A stretch of 64,000 nucleotides of DNA from a virus (IMGVR_UViG_3300049486_000079:28841-92840), one strand, 5' to 3'; positions 29,030 through 38,990 are shown, numbered from the stretch's first letter. Program-made: numbers and translations. The notes: a model not told the origin generated them from the letters alone.

Positions 29030-29344
29030 TTAAACAGGAGCGCCTTCAAACAGAAACTGGCTTACGTACCTCGGCGACGGAATCGTAATGATCGCCCCCT
29101 CCACAAGCTCGGTCGGCAAAATCTCCATGCCATTAGCAACCGCAATAACCCACCAAAGCCTAGGGCTCTTGTAATAACGGTAGGCTAAGAGGTCCATACG
29201 GTCCGTGACCTGAACCTGATGTCGAATGTCGTCTTGTTGCGCCTCGATCGTAGGGTACTCAAAGAAATTCCAAAATTCATATCCATCTACTACAACTAGA
29301 CGTGAAAAACGGAGTCGGCTGTTCTTTGCGATTGTAACTGTCAT
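29030..29344 (-). CDS. LysM / tail X / gp53-like baseplate protein
   Basis: DRMDLLAYRYY..P.LWWVIA.AN. Confidence 0.88.
   Translation of the reverse strand: MTVTIAKNSRLRFSRLVVVDGYEFWNFFEYPTIEAQQDDIRHQVQVTDRMDLLAYRYYKSPRLWWVIAVANGMEILPTELVEGAIITIPSPRYVSQFLFEGAPV
29191..29204. repeat. GGWCC-RYRY-GGWCC site
   Basis: GGTCCATACGGTCC. Confidence 0.75.
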
Positions 29345-31959
29345 AGCGGCACCTGTGGCAATGTAAAGGTTTCGCCAGCAGTAGTCCTGTACTGCGACTG
29401 TGTCGTGCCTTGGCCAGTTCCGGTGTCGGGTTTATCAAGAATATCAACAGTGGCTTTTGTGTTGGCAGCGTTTTGCTTGAGGAGTTCGTTTGACTCCTTG
29501 AGATCCTCCCGCACACCCCTCAATTCGGTATGTACCTTATCAGGTTTCGCAAGACTATTCGAGGCGCCTGCGCTCAAAAAGGGAACAGGACTACCTGGGG
29601 TTAAAGAAGCACCAAAGCTTAAAGGAGTCATACCTTGCTTGAGATAGTCAGCTACGGCACCGCTAGCCCCAGTTGAACCCGGGTCTCCACTCCCGCCTTT
29701 AGCCGCCTTAATAGCCTTATCGACAGTTTCTCCAATATTAAGCCAAGGCTCCACAGCGTTTGAAACAGCCCCATAGGCCGCTCCTCCTGCGAACAAAGCC
29801 GCAGTCCCAGTGTCGCCCTTAAGAGCAAATATTCCCGCAAGGATACCTGCTTCCTTGGGGTTCTCCTTAAGGAACGTAGAGGCGGCACCACTAACAGCGG
29901 TAAAGAGATCTTTTACGATGCCAGGTCCTTTTTCTTTAAGAAATGTAAGCAGTGCATTAAACCCGTCCGTAACAGCGTCCTTCAAAAAGGTCCCAAACGA
30001 AATACCGAAGTTGCCAGTCTCATTTTTCATGGTTTGCTGCATGGCAGAATCTCCTGTGAGTCCTCCCCAGAAACCCTTGAAAAAAGCCTTGACTTCGGGC
30101 CATAGCGTCTCATTGAAATACTTCTTAAACTCGACAAACCCGTCATGGAAAAAAGACCCCAACGAAATACCGAAGTTGGCAGTCTCGTTTTTCATAGTTT
30201 TCTGTATGGCAGGATCTCCTGTGAGTCCTCCCCAGAAACCTTTAAGGAATGTCTGGACATTCGCCCAAAGATCCTTCAAAGCCGGTTTAAGATCTTGCTC
30301 CCATAAGTCTTTGAAGATCGGTCCGATGTCTCTGAAAATCTCGCCTATGGTGTCCTTGATAAAGCTAGCGCCCTGAAGGAGGCCCTTAATCCTGTCTCTG
30401 ATCGTCAAAACAAAGCTGCGTATATCTTCGACCGTCTGTTTTTGCGCCTTCCTTACGTCACCCAGGGCCTTCTTGTTCTGCATGAACTTCAAAGTCACAG
30501 CCGTAACGGCTCCGGCCAAGAGCTTAAGCGGGGTCAAGAAGGTAAACGCAAGAACCCCTGACTGGCTCAACTGCTCGCCGATCTCAGAGATCATGGTGAC
30601 CGCTTTGCCCATAACAGGAGCTACACCCTGCCACTCTTTCGGGAAAAACGCCAAGATACCGCGCTGTGAGAAATCAGACACTTTCCTCACTATCTCGCCA
30701 AGGGGGCCATCGTCTTTCGCCAAATCCTCTAGGATGCCCTCGGCTTCCTTGTAGGCTTTCTGAGTATCCTTGAGCCAACTACTGTTGGCTCGCCCCATTG
30801 CACGGAACTTCGTCTCAAACTGATCTTCCATCAGTTTGAGCGCTTCCTGCAAAGAACGTCCAGATCTCCAGGCTTCTTTAGTCAGATTTTTTAAGTCTAC
30901 AGCACCTGTATTAGACACATCACTGAGTGTTTTCTGCATCTTCTCTAGCTCTGTAGTGCTAGACTTAGCGGCTTTCATTAAGAAATTTGCAAACTCGTCC
31001 CCAAGGATGCCTCTCAACTGGACATCGGCAAACCGAGTCGCTTTTTCTATGCTATCAAGATCGTTCGTTTTCTGGAACTCTGCAATCTGATCGACAAAGT
31101 TTTTCATAAAGGCGGCGGGACCTCCCTCCGCTACCTTCATGGCTTTATCGAAGCTACCAAACGTCTTAGCGAGCCCTTCCGATAATCCAGAAATAACCCC
31201 GACCTTGCCCCCCAGTAGCTCCTGAAAACCAAATCGAATCTCTGTAAGGGACTCAGAGACTTTTTGAGCAGCAGCGTACGCTACATCCCCTTGTAGGCCC
31301 ATCTGAGAGAACAACTGCGTAACGGTCAGAACTTCTTTACCGTACTGTTTGAAGTTTACTCGGCCAAGTGCCTGTTCCTTCCGCATAAGCTCAAGAACAG
31401 AAGGAACCTTACTCATGGTACCAGACAAGTCACCTACGGCTTGGCCTGTAGCCACAACTGTTTGCAAAAATTCTTTTGTCTCACCACTAGTATAGCCAAG
31501 ACTCTTTTGAAGAGAACGAACCTGATCGCCAAGCTGGAACGAATCGACTCCTAGGACTTCAGAGAGCTTCAGTAATTCCTTGTAGTTTTCTGCTATTCCC
31601 TCTAAGGCCTCTTTTCCTGCCCGTTCGAACCCCGTATAGGCCTTTGTCGTCTCGTCGATACCTCTATTAAGCTCGACGGCCGCGCTGGTAGCTTCCTTCG
31701 ATATTTTATTGAGATCCCCCGCAGCAGCACCATGCTGCGCGGCAATTTGTCGAGCCGCCTTATCAAACTGCTGGAGTTGGCTCTCGTATGAGGTGGTGAG
31801 GTTCATCGCCTCAGACGTAAACTGCCGAGCGACCATCCCGACCGAGTTGAACTCGCGGCTGACATTAGCCAGAAGGCCTGCCATACCTTCGAGGCCCTTC
31901 TTGAATCCCTTGTCGACGATGCTGAAGGAAAAGCCGAGCGGCAAGAAATTCAGGGCCAT
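29341..31959 (-). CDS. Tape measure protein
   Basis: 872 aa helical, aromatic periodic repeats, downstream of the frameshifting chaperone. Confidence 0.85.
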   Translation of the reverse strand: MALNFLPLGFSFSIVDKGFKKGLEGMAGLLANVSREFNSVGMVARQFTSEAMNLTTSYESQLQQFDKAARQIAAQHGAAAGDLNKISKEATSAAVELNRGIDETTKAYTGFERAGKEALEGIAENYKELLKLSEVLGVDSFQLGDQVRSLQKSLGYTSGETKEFLQTVVATGQAVGDLSGTMSKVPSVLELMRKEQALGRVNFKQYGKEVLTVTQLFSQMGLQGDVAYAAAQKVSESLTEIRFGFQELLGGKVGVISGLSEGLAKTFGSFDKAMKVAEGGPAAFMKNFVDQIAEFQKTNDLDSIEKATRFADVQLRGILGDEFANFLMKAAKSSTTELEKMQKTLSDVSNTGAVDLKNLTKEAWRSGRSLQEALKLMEDQFETKFRAMGRANSSWLKDTQKAYKEAEGILEDLAKDDGPLGEIVRKVSDFSQRGILAFFPKEWQGVAPVMGKAVTMISEIGEQLSQSGVLAFTFLTPLKLLAGAVTAVTLKFMQNKKALGDVRKAQKQTVEDIRSFVLTIRDRIKGLLQGASFIKDTIGEIFRDIGPIFKDLWEQDLKPALKDLWANVQTFLKGFWGGLTGDPAIQKTMKNETANFGISLGSFFHDGFVEFKKYFNETLWPEVKAFFKGFWGGLTGDSAMQQTMKNETGNFGISFGTFLKDAVTDGFNALLTFLKEKGPGIVKDLFTAVSGAASTFLKENPKEAGILAGIFALKGDTGTAALFAGGAAYGAVSNAVEPWLNIGETVDKAIKAAKGGSGDPGSTGASGAVADYLKQGMTPLSFGASLTPGSPVPFLSAGASNSLAKPDKVHTELRGVREDLKESNELLKQNAANTKATVDILDKPDTGTGQGTTQSQYRTTAGETFTLPQVPL
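29975..30250 (-). repeat. 165-bp (55-aa) tandem duplication in tape measure gene
   Basis: KGFWGGLTGD..Q.TMKNET.NFGIS.G.F twice; AACGAAATACCGAAGTTG at 29996 and 30161. Confidence 0.85.
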
Positions 31960-31978
31960 GGTTCAACTCCGATCTGGA

Positions 31979-32167
31979 CTAACGTCGTCTTGACTCCGAC
32001 ACTTCAGCGTGAAGAGCCCGCTGCTTCTCAAGATCTTGCTTCTTAATCAAAAGACGGTAGCGCCTCGAAAAAGGCAGCGCCATAATCTCTTCATACGACA
32101 TTCCCCACATCTCGATCAGGTAGAAGACTTCAGCTTCAATTTCTTCTTGACTCTGGAAGGGAAAAAA
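31979..32167 (-). CDS. -1 frameshift extension of the tail assembly chaperone
   Basis: T TTT TTC at 32161-32167; the -1 frame reads PFQSQEEIEAEVFYLIEMWGMSYEEIMALPFSRRYRLL...* to 31979. Confidence 0.8.
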   Translation of the reverse strand, partial: FFPFQSQEEIEAEVFYLIEMWGMSYEEIMALPFSRRYRLLIKKQDLEKQRALHAEVSESRRR

Positions 32168-32913
32168 AACCCGGGCTGCCCGATTTCAATATCTTCGCTC
32201 CACTCAGCATCGCAGAACTGGCACTGTAGCTCAAGCGCCGTATCCACTCCCCCGTCCACTTCCTCCATCTTCGCACGGAGAAAATCGCGATCCCGGGAGC
32301 TGAGATTCTTAATAGACGCCATCGACGGCGCCTGCCCGTTGATTAGCTCGATCCGTGTGAGAATCTGAACCGAGGCCCTGTTCTCGTTATCAGGCCGCTT
32401 GTGCGACTCCTCTTCGTCCCTACCGGTCAAACATCGAAAACGTACGACGATCCCTGAAGGCAACTCCACATCGAAGATACGCTTCAAAGGATCTGGCATC
32501 TCCTGAATCGTGAGGTCACTGAGGTCGACGAGATACGAACCCTCTTTGTTGCACGAATCGCAACGCGCTCTGAATGGATATTCATCGCCCAAGGTAAGTC
32601 GACGTACCGCAAACAACAGAAAAACACGATCTCCAAGCAAGAGATCTTGGACAATGCTCGCGATCTTGCCCTTGTCCGTGTAAGGGCCTACCCGTGTGAT
32701 ACACCTGCTGAGAAGCGCGCTGATCTTCTTGTGATGAGGAATCGCAGACGACGCGAGAAGATCTTCCTCGTTCCCCGTCATCTCCCGAAGCTCCACATCC
32801 TTGTGGACACCTTCCGCGTCTAAATAACCGCAGGGAAGCTCGACCAAGGTCTGGGAGCTTTTTGCGTTCTCCAGTCCTGAAATAACCTTCGCATTATCGG
32901 CAACATTCGTCAT
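32116..32913 (-). CDS. Tail assembly chaperone / T4 gp26-like
   Basis: ELPCGY, LREMTG.EED, CxxC pairs, LS.RDR..LR and FFFP end. Confidence 0.85.
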   Translation of the reverse strand: MTNVADNAKVISGLENAKSSQTLVELPCGYLDAEGVHKDVELREMTGNEEDLLASSAIPHHKKISALLSRCITRVGPYTDKGKIASIVQDLLLGDRVFLLFAVRRLTLGDEYPFRARCDSCNKEGSYLVDLSDLTIQEMPDPLKRIFDVELPSGIVVRFRCLTGRDEEESHKRPDNENRASVQILTRIELINGQAPSMASIKNLSSRDRDFLRAKMEEVDGGVDTALELQCQFCDAEWSEDIEIGQPGFFFPSRVKKKLKLKSST

Positions 32914-32944
32914 GGAAAAACCCCGAACTAAAATAAGAAGCGGT

Positions 32945-33574
32945 CTACTTGAACCGCTTTCTCCCGTTCACTGTCTCATCGTCAAATACACGGATGAGAG
33001 CTTTCAGCCCGTCCGTGACCGTCATCCCGCGTTTTTTCAGCTTTGCTTGAAAAACATCGTACCGGCTTCTCTCGACCCAAACATTGATCTTCACTTCGTT
33101 GCCCGAGTCCTGGTACTGCTCCAGATCGTCGAAAGAGCTGTCGTCGGCGACGTATTTACCGATGAGATACCGGATAAAAGCACTCATGCTACGAAAACCG
33201 CTCTCGGGTTGGACGACGAGCTGAATCCGGTTGTACAGCCCTCGACTTGTCCAGAAGTTTACGGGCCACTTATCGGTCTTAGACGGAGAAGGAACCCTGT
33301 CCTTGGCTAAATCGCAAGCTCTGCAAAGGCAGACCCCGTTAGACTCGACATAATGACCGCCTGCTTGCGCAGGCACGATCATGCGGACCCTGACTTTATC
33401 TTCGCTCCCGCAATTAGAACACTTGTGACGCGCACGCAAAAGAATCTGCTGTTCCCATAAAGAACGAAATGCCGGCGACAACTCTTGTCTCACCGGTTCT
33501 TCTATCTTCTCCACGCACTCAGCAGGAGACTGGGGTTTCTCTTGCGAGAAAAAATCTGAGCCACTCTCGGTCAT
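32945..33574 (-). CDS. Degenerate HNH Zn-fold fused to tandem ribbon-helix-helix-like domains (putative regulator)
   Basis: CSNCG...IVP..GG...N...LCRAC lacking the catalytic His; two VN[F/V]W...helix-helix units. Confidence 0.65.
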   Translation of the reverse strand: MTESGSDFFSQEKPQSPAECVEKIEEPVRQELSPAFRSLWEQQILLRARHKCSNCGSEDKVRVRMIVPAQAGGHYVESNGVCLCRACDLAKDRVPSPSKTDKWPVNFWTSRGLYNRIQLVVQPESGFRSMSAFIRYLIGKYVADDSSFDDLEQYQDSGNEVKINVWVERSRYDVFQAKLKKRGMTVTDGLKALIRVFDDETVNGRKRFK

Positions 33575-33696
33575 GAAAACTTACCCCGAAAATACAGTAA
33601 AGGGTGGCAAAAAAAGGTCAGAGCCTCTTCTTTTTACGAAAACGCCTCAGTAGGCCCCCCAGAGGCACAGCATAAGATCCCGCATTGCTGCTGGTG

Positions 33697-33725
33697 GTTG
33701 TACCCCCGCTCACAAAACCTGCCAT
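33697..33725 (-). promoter_or_regulatory. Putative promoter ATGGCA-N17-TACAAC
   Basis: Shares GGGGGTACAACC with the sheath promoter. Confidence 0.45.
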
Positions 33726-33787
33726 CCCTCCAGAGACCATCTCCCGAAGGATACACGTATGATAGCGAAGCCTGTCTTTATTCATAA

Positions 33788-34498
33788 TTAAGAAGCCAGC
33801 CCGATCTCTTCAAAATATTCCATCTCAATGTCCAGTTCCGCAATAGACACATCAGGGGATGAGGCGTCAAACCCGGTTCCGACCTTATAGCGTGCTGGTA
33901 TACAATCGTAAAGTAACCATGCCTTAGCGGGAATGCGTAACGCCCATCCAGACAAAGCAGCAAAACCGAGAAAGCCTCCTGCGCTGACGCCCGCGCTTAC
34001 TCCTGAGGCGAGCAGTGCGTTACTTTCCAAATCAGACCCGAATGCCGCAGCCCCTGAACTTAGAGCGACGAGACCTGTCGCCGCAATCGCGGTATTCGCG
34101 GCCTTTTCTCGAAAAGGTCCCCTGGCAAAAAACTGCACCAAGAGCAGATTTCGTCGATAAGTCGGACCGCCTGACCCGTCGTTCGTACCTCTGATGCTGT
34201 TTTTAATCCATCTCCAGAAATCACCGTCGACAAAGTGAGCCCCACGAGAGCACGTGATCGGACCGACAGAGGCACTCTCGATCACTTTCCTTGGAAAGTA
34301 ATTGTTGCCCTCCTTGACCGTTCTTATGGATGTGGTGACCTCGGGCGCACTGATCGCAGAAAACCCAAAGAGAGGCAAGAAAATAGGGAGCGCCAACGTA
34401 TCGACAGGAGACACGTCCATAATCCAGAACGGGAAATTCTGGAGATGGTCGTACAGGAACGCTGGTTTCCTGCCCCCTAAGATCGATCTAGTAGGCAT
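33788..34498 (-). CDS. Second gp19-type tail tube protein with hydrophobic insertion
   Basis: GF..I..PE, KEGN, IT.SRG, FW.W, RRNL, W.L..C.P..YK and FDA.S..VSI.EL motifs. Confidence 0.85.
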   Translation of the reverse strand: MPTRSILGGRKPAFLYDHLQNFPFWIMDVSPVDTLALPIFLPLFGFSAISAPEVTTSIRTVKEGNNYFPRKVIESASVGPITCSRGAHFVDGDFWRWIKNSIRGTNDGSGGPTYRRNLLLVQFFARGPFREKAANTAIAATGLVALSSGAAAFGSDLESNALLASGVSAGVSAGGFLGFAALSGWALRIPAKAWLLYDCIPARYKVGTGFDASSPDVSIAELDIEMEYFEEIGLAS

Positions 34499-34512
34499 AC
34501 GACTACAATAAC

Positions 34513-35100
34513 CTAGACTTCGGGAACACCAGCCCCGGCTTTAAGATCTTCGACCTCAAAAGACTCATAAGTCAGAGTGAGATTCTGGATCGAAATCTCA
34601 GACGAGCCGCTGTCAAGATCAGAAGCTACTTTATGCTGAACAGGAAAACTCTCGAACAAGTAATACGCCCTATAGGTACCACGCCCTATATTCAAGGTCT
34701 GCGCGCTATTGGGGTTCTCACGAACATTTTTATTAGCACTTGCGTTAGGGAGGGCCTCTCGCGGGAAATGCTTGATCGTGACGTTGGCCCGGTAGTCGCC
34801 AGCACCTTCGATAATATACCGAAGCCACTGCCATAAATCAGAATAAAATAAAGCGACCCCACGAGACAACTGGACATCGGTCATCTCGGGTATGCCACCT
34901 GGCTGCTTTCGTGTGTAGATATACTGGCCCTCGCGATAAGAGACAGCAGCCACACTGACATCCGGAGTCGACGCCTGCATGAAACCCGCAGAAGCAGTGT
35001 CCCCGCTCGGATTTGTCTGCTTAAGAAGCGTATTATCGTCTACAGAAACATGAAAACGCATGTTGTGTAGAAAATCAGACGACACAGCACGACCGGCCAT
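34513..35100 (-). CDS. Major tail tube protein (gp19-type)
   Basis: DFL...RFHV, AGF, YREG..RK.PG, LSRG and DLDS.SSEI.I..L.L.YE motifs. Confidence 0.92.
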   Translation of the reverse strand: MAGRAVSSDFLHNMRFHVSVDDNTLLKQTNPSGDTASAGFMQASTPDVSVAAVSYREGQYIYTRKQPGGIPEMTDVQLSRGVALFYSDLWQWLRYIIEGAGDYRANVTIKHFPREALPNASANKNVRENPNSAQTLNIGRGTYRAYYLFESFPVQHKVASDLDSGSSEISIQNLTLTYESFEVEDLKAGAGVPEV

Positions 35101-35149
35101 TGTTATGGCCTCCTTTCAGGCAGGAAGGAGCAAGAGGGAGGAATATTTC

Positions 35150-35752
35150 TTACGACTCCGCACGAAGGGTGAGAACAACCTCACCCGCGACGCCCGCAGC
35201 AGATCTCGTGAGGAAAAGGCCGACGAGTGCGCCCGGCGTAACAAGGGTCGTCGTCGTCTTCGTCGCATCGACCACTCGACCTGCTGTGCCCGTATCGAAA
35301 GTCGCGATCGTCGTACCGCCACCCGCCTGCGTCCGAAGAATTGCAGTCGACGCTCCCACCGCAGTGCTGCAATAGAACATTGCGTCGAGAATACGCGCCT
35401 TGAAGGGAAACGCATTGGCCGCAATCAAGATCACTTCCGCAGCACCACCCGCCGCGACAGCAATCCGCATGGTAACCCCGCCTGCCGAAACCGCGCTGGC
35501 GGCAACAGGCGCCATATCCACAGCCTGAATGCTCTGCGGCGGTGCGATGAGACCCGAGGCTAACTCGTTCGCGGAATAGGTCACCGCAATCGTCAGCTCC
35601 CCCGCTCCCACGCCATCGACAATCGACTTCATGGCAGGGATATCGGTCGACGGACGATCAAACGTCACACTGTCGCCCACCGCAAGCTGGCGGTAAATAT
35701 CCGAGTAAAAAGCAGCCGATCCACTCACCTTCGTCACAGTCACGCTAGCCAT
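35150..35752 (-). CDS. Virion structural / decoration protein
   Basis: A/V/T-rich, GAGGAG RBS, between sheath and tube. Confidence 0.65.
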   Translation of the reverse strand: MASVTVTKVSGSAAFYSDIYRQLAVGDSVTFDRPSTDIPAMKSIVDGVGAGELTIAVTYSANELASGLIAPPQSIQAVDMAPVAASAVSAGGVTMRIAVAAGGAAEVILIAANAFPFKARILDAMFYCSTAVGASTAILRTQAGGGTTIATFDTGTAGRVVDATKTTTTLVTPGALVGLFLTRSAAGVAGEVVLTLRAES

Positions 35753-35813
35753 TTTAAGAACTCCTCACCTTGATCTAATGCTTCGAACATGGAGCAGATC
35801 GAACATACTCCAA

Positions 35814-38800
35814 CTAGACACTCTTCTGGGTAAACCTGAACACCACGAACTCGGCAGGCTTGTTGTAGGCGACACCGACATCGATAATGACCTTGCCTGC
35901 CTCGATGGTCTCCGCCGTATTATTCGTCGAATCGCATTTCACGAAATACGCTTCCGATGGAGTCGTACCTGCGAAATAATTCTCCTGGAACAGTCCACCA
36001 AGGAAACCGCTCAACTGGGCTGTAATCCTTGTCCAAAGCGCAGGCCCGTTGTTCTCGAAAACAACCCAATGGGTCGAATTGAAAATCGACTTCTCCAAGA
36101 ACATGAAGAGCCGCGTAGCGTTGATATGACGCCATTCGCTCTGGCTTGGGCTCGCCATCGTACGAGTACCCCAAACCGCACGTCCTGTCTGAACAGAGTC
36201 GACCAACGAGTTGATACGCGCCGGAGAGACCAAATCCCGATCGGTCTGCGTAGGGATTCTCTCTAAGCCGATGCAATAATTCAGAGCACCGTCCACCGTA
36301 CCCGCAGGCGCTTTGCCGACATTCTTATTGTTGTCTGTTCGAGCATAGACGCCTGCGATGTGGCCCAACGGAGGTACGGTCAAAGGACGACCGTTCGCCA
36401 GTGTATCCGCAATCTTGATCCAAGGCCAGTAGCACGCGGCATATTTTGAGTAACGTCCCAAAGTGTAGCGAATCCAGGCAACCGCGTCCTGTGCAGAAAG
36501 ACCCTGCGGGGTCGTCAGGAGCACGAACCGATCTCCCCCTGCCGGCTGAGAACGCCTACTTTCGACGTAATCTAAGAGATCGCCTGTGACGGTCGTGTCT
36601 CCCGCGAAATCAGGAATAGCGACCTGCATCAGCTCGTCGATCGCGTTAAGAGCATAAATCCCTTTTGAATCCGGAATCAACGCGGGCGAGGTAAACTGGT
36701 CTCGTGAATACGTGCTCGAAGTAAACGTTCCGTCGCTGCCTGCCGTGTAGCTCTTGGTCGTATCGCCGAAAATTTCCGAATGCGTAGTCTCCTCAGGAGC
36801 ACTGGCATAGCGGACCGTCACCAGGGTCCCGCCCAAAATCTCATCGTCCAGCGTAACCTCAATAGCGCCGTTAGGATACGAAATCGTATTCGTACCTGAA
36901 ATATCGACAGAGCCAGTCATTGTCCCGGCACTCGTGCTGGAAGGCGTATCCGTAACGGTCTTTGTCTCCCCCGACGTATTGATATAGGAAATGACCACCG
37001 AACGCTGCGCAATCGGGGCATCCTCAAGGACCACGCTGAAGGTCCTGCCGGGAGATCCCTCGTCACCTCCGCCGATCACCTGCACACGAGACACGCCATT
37101 GAGCTGCCCCGGAGCCTCGTCGGCACCCGTAAGACCTACGCGCACATAATCCGAAAGAGCGTTGATAACATCAGGGAAATAGCTCTTATCCGTCGGAGTA
37201 TCCAGGTCGGTGCTCTCGAACTGCTCAAGAACGACGTACGTCGCAGAGGCCTCATCATATTCGAGAACATTGCATGTAAACTTGGAGTACGTCGCCGTAG
37301 TGACGTCAAGATAATCTTCCTCGCCACGAAGATCGACCCGAAAATCATTCGCCCAAGCGCCCTTAGAAACCGGCGTGAGCGCTCTTGCCTTAATCGTATA
37401 CGTGGCAAGAATCCTTGCGCGATCGTGAGGTGCCGAAGAACAGGTGAAGCTGTACGCTCCTGTTGTATAGGTCAACGTTCCCGACGAAACGAAGCTGGTA
37501 CTCAGCAGGTTACCCGACCCGTTATCCACCGCCGTATGGACAGTGCGGTCCGCTGAAACAGACGAAGGAACAGGGGCCGATGCCGGGGTATACGAAGCAC
37601 GAAGATCTGTCGTCGCCGCGCTGGGAATGTCCGAGCCCGCGAACTTCACCGAAACAGTCCCACTACGATGATCGAAAGACAGCGAAGTTCCCGCAGTAAA
37701 GCCCGTGTTCGCAACGCTCTCGCTCAAAACAATAGAACCCGACGAGTCGTGAGTTAGAAGAACAAGACTAGTTCCGCTATCGACTGCCGTAACCGCAAGC
37801 AGATTCCCGACACCGTTGATTGCACTTATAATAGCATTTCGAACCTGAGTAACCGTATCCAACGCTGTAAAAGTGACCGCCACCCTTCCAGCGGTTACAG
37901 TCGCGTTGCTGTCAAATTCGAATACCGTCGGTGTGCTAATACCATCGTCAATCGTGAACGTCTCACCATCGACAATGCTCGCGCCTGCAACAGCGCGAAT
38001 TGTCCAAATACGTCCTGTTAAAGACGCGTACGCCTCAGGAATGTTGATGCTGCGATCTCCGCCGCCATCGGGATCGAAAACCAAGGAGAACGTCCCTCGA
38101 ATGACCCCGTCGAGCGCCTGATCGAGATCACAGAGCCCCCCGACAAGAGGCGTCGAAACTGCTGCTGCAACAAGACCAAGGCCCGTACCCTGCGCCGTCG
38201 CAGTCACGAGTGCCGCTGCCGCAGGCGTGCCATTAACCGAAGCAGCAATCGAATTTGCCGTCTCTGATGTAGCGACCGCACCGAGACCGTCTGTCGCTAC
38301 AGTAACCGTAACAACAGTACCAGAGACACCAATCGAACGTACGGTATTAAGGCCCGCCACCAGATGGATGATAGAAATATCATTCCGACCGTCGCCAACA
38401 CTCTGGTAAAGAATATCGCCGTTAGCAGCACCAGGGACGATAACCCACGCTTTAGGGTTGATGCGGCCTTCGTAATCTTCAGTGCTATTTACGAGCGCAA
38501 CCTGATCAGAAAGGTCGCGCTCCCAAAGCGACTGAGTAACGACAGGAGTACCCGTCGACCGCCATCGCAACGAGAAGCTCTCAGGATGAACAGGACTGGT
38601 GCCGCCATTATCCTTGATAAGCGACGTTGCGGCTGTCTTGGTAAATGCCGTCGTAGATCCGTCGCCTGTTTCAAGTTCCTGATCGTACGTCTTGCTCAGG
38701 ATATAGGCAGTAGCCGCAATTGCGTCGCTGGGGACCACGCGGACCACGTACGACCGCACACCGCCGTTATTAAAAAAGGCGGCCATCGTCTCGCCGAGAT

Positions 38801-38990
38801 AAGAATCCGCGACGATTTCGCCGAAGGTATCGCTGAATTCCTGAAACGAGCCGACAATCGTAGCTTCGTCCGTCGGACCCTTCGGAGTAAACCCTGCGAT
38901 ACCGAAAGTGCTAGTCGAAACAGCAGTAATAATCTGCTGCTGAGACGGGACCTCCTCGATAAATACGCCGGGCGACAATAACTCTGCCAT
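35814..38990 (-). CDS. Tail sheath protein
   Basis: LSPGVFIEE, GFTPKGP, YWPWI, PPLGHIAGVYARTD..V.KAPAG, WG.RT and KPAEFV motifs. Confidence 0.97.
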   Translation of the reverse strand: MAELLSPGVFIEEVPSQQQIITAVSTSTFGIAGFTPKGPTDEATIVGSFQEFSDTFGEIVADSYLGETMAAFFNNGGVRSYVVRVVPSDAIAATAYILSKTYDQELETGDGSTTAFTKTAATSLIKDNGGTSPVHPESFSLRWRSTGTPVVTQSLWERDLSDQVALVNSTEDYEGRINPKAWVIVPGAANGDILYQSVGDGRNDISIIHLVAGLNTVRSIGVSGTVVTVTVATDGLGAVATSETANSIAASVNGTPAAAALVTATAQGTGLGLVAAAVSTPLVGGLCDLDQALDGVIRGTFSLVFDPDGGGDRSINIPEAYASLTGRIWTIRAVAGASIVDGETFTIDDGISTPTVFEFDSNATVTAGRVAVTFTALDTVTQVRNAIISAINGVGNLLAVTAVDSGTSLVLLTHDSSGSIVLSESVANTGFTAGTSLSFDHRSGTVSVKFAGSDIPSAATTDLRASYTPASAPVPSSVSADRTVHTAVDNGSGNLLSTSFVSSGTLTYTTGAYSFTCSSAPHDRARILATYTIKARALTPVSKGAWANDFRVDLRGEEDYLDVTTATYSKFTCNVLEYDEASATYVVLEQFESTDLDTPTDKSYFPDVINALSDYVRVGLTGADEAPGQLNGVSRVQVIGGGDEGSPGRTFSVVLEDAPIAQRSVVISYINTSGETKTVTDTPSSTSAGTMTGSVDISGTNTISYPNGAIEVTLDDEILGGTLVTVRYASAPEETTHSEIFGDTTKSYTAGSDGTFTSSTYSRDQFTSPALIPDSKGIYALNAIDELMQVAIPDFAGDTTVTGDLLDYVESRRSQPAGGDRFVLLTTPQGLSAQDAVAWIRYTLGRYSKYAACYWPWIKIADTLANGRPLTVPPLGHIAGVYARTDNNKNVGKAPAGTVDGALNYCIGLERIPTQTDRDLVSPARINSLVDSVQTGRAVWGTRTMASPSQSEWRHINATRLFMFLEKSIFNSTHWVVFENNGPALWTRITAQLSGFLGGLFQENYFAGTTPSEAYFVKCDSTNNTAETIEAGKVIIDVGVAYNKPAEFVVFRFTQKSV
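38732..38745. repeat. GGWCC-RYRY-GGWCC site
   Basis: GGACCACGCGGACC. Confidence 0.75.

Noticed and set aside
33575-33787. tRNA or structured ncRNA in the largest intergenic gap
   Set aside because: No cloverleaf or recognisable RNA family by eye; promoter-like content suffices
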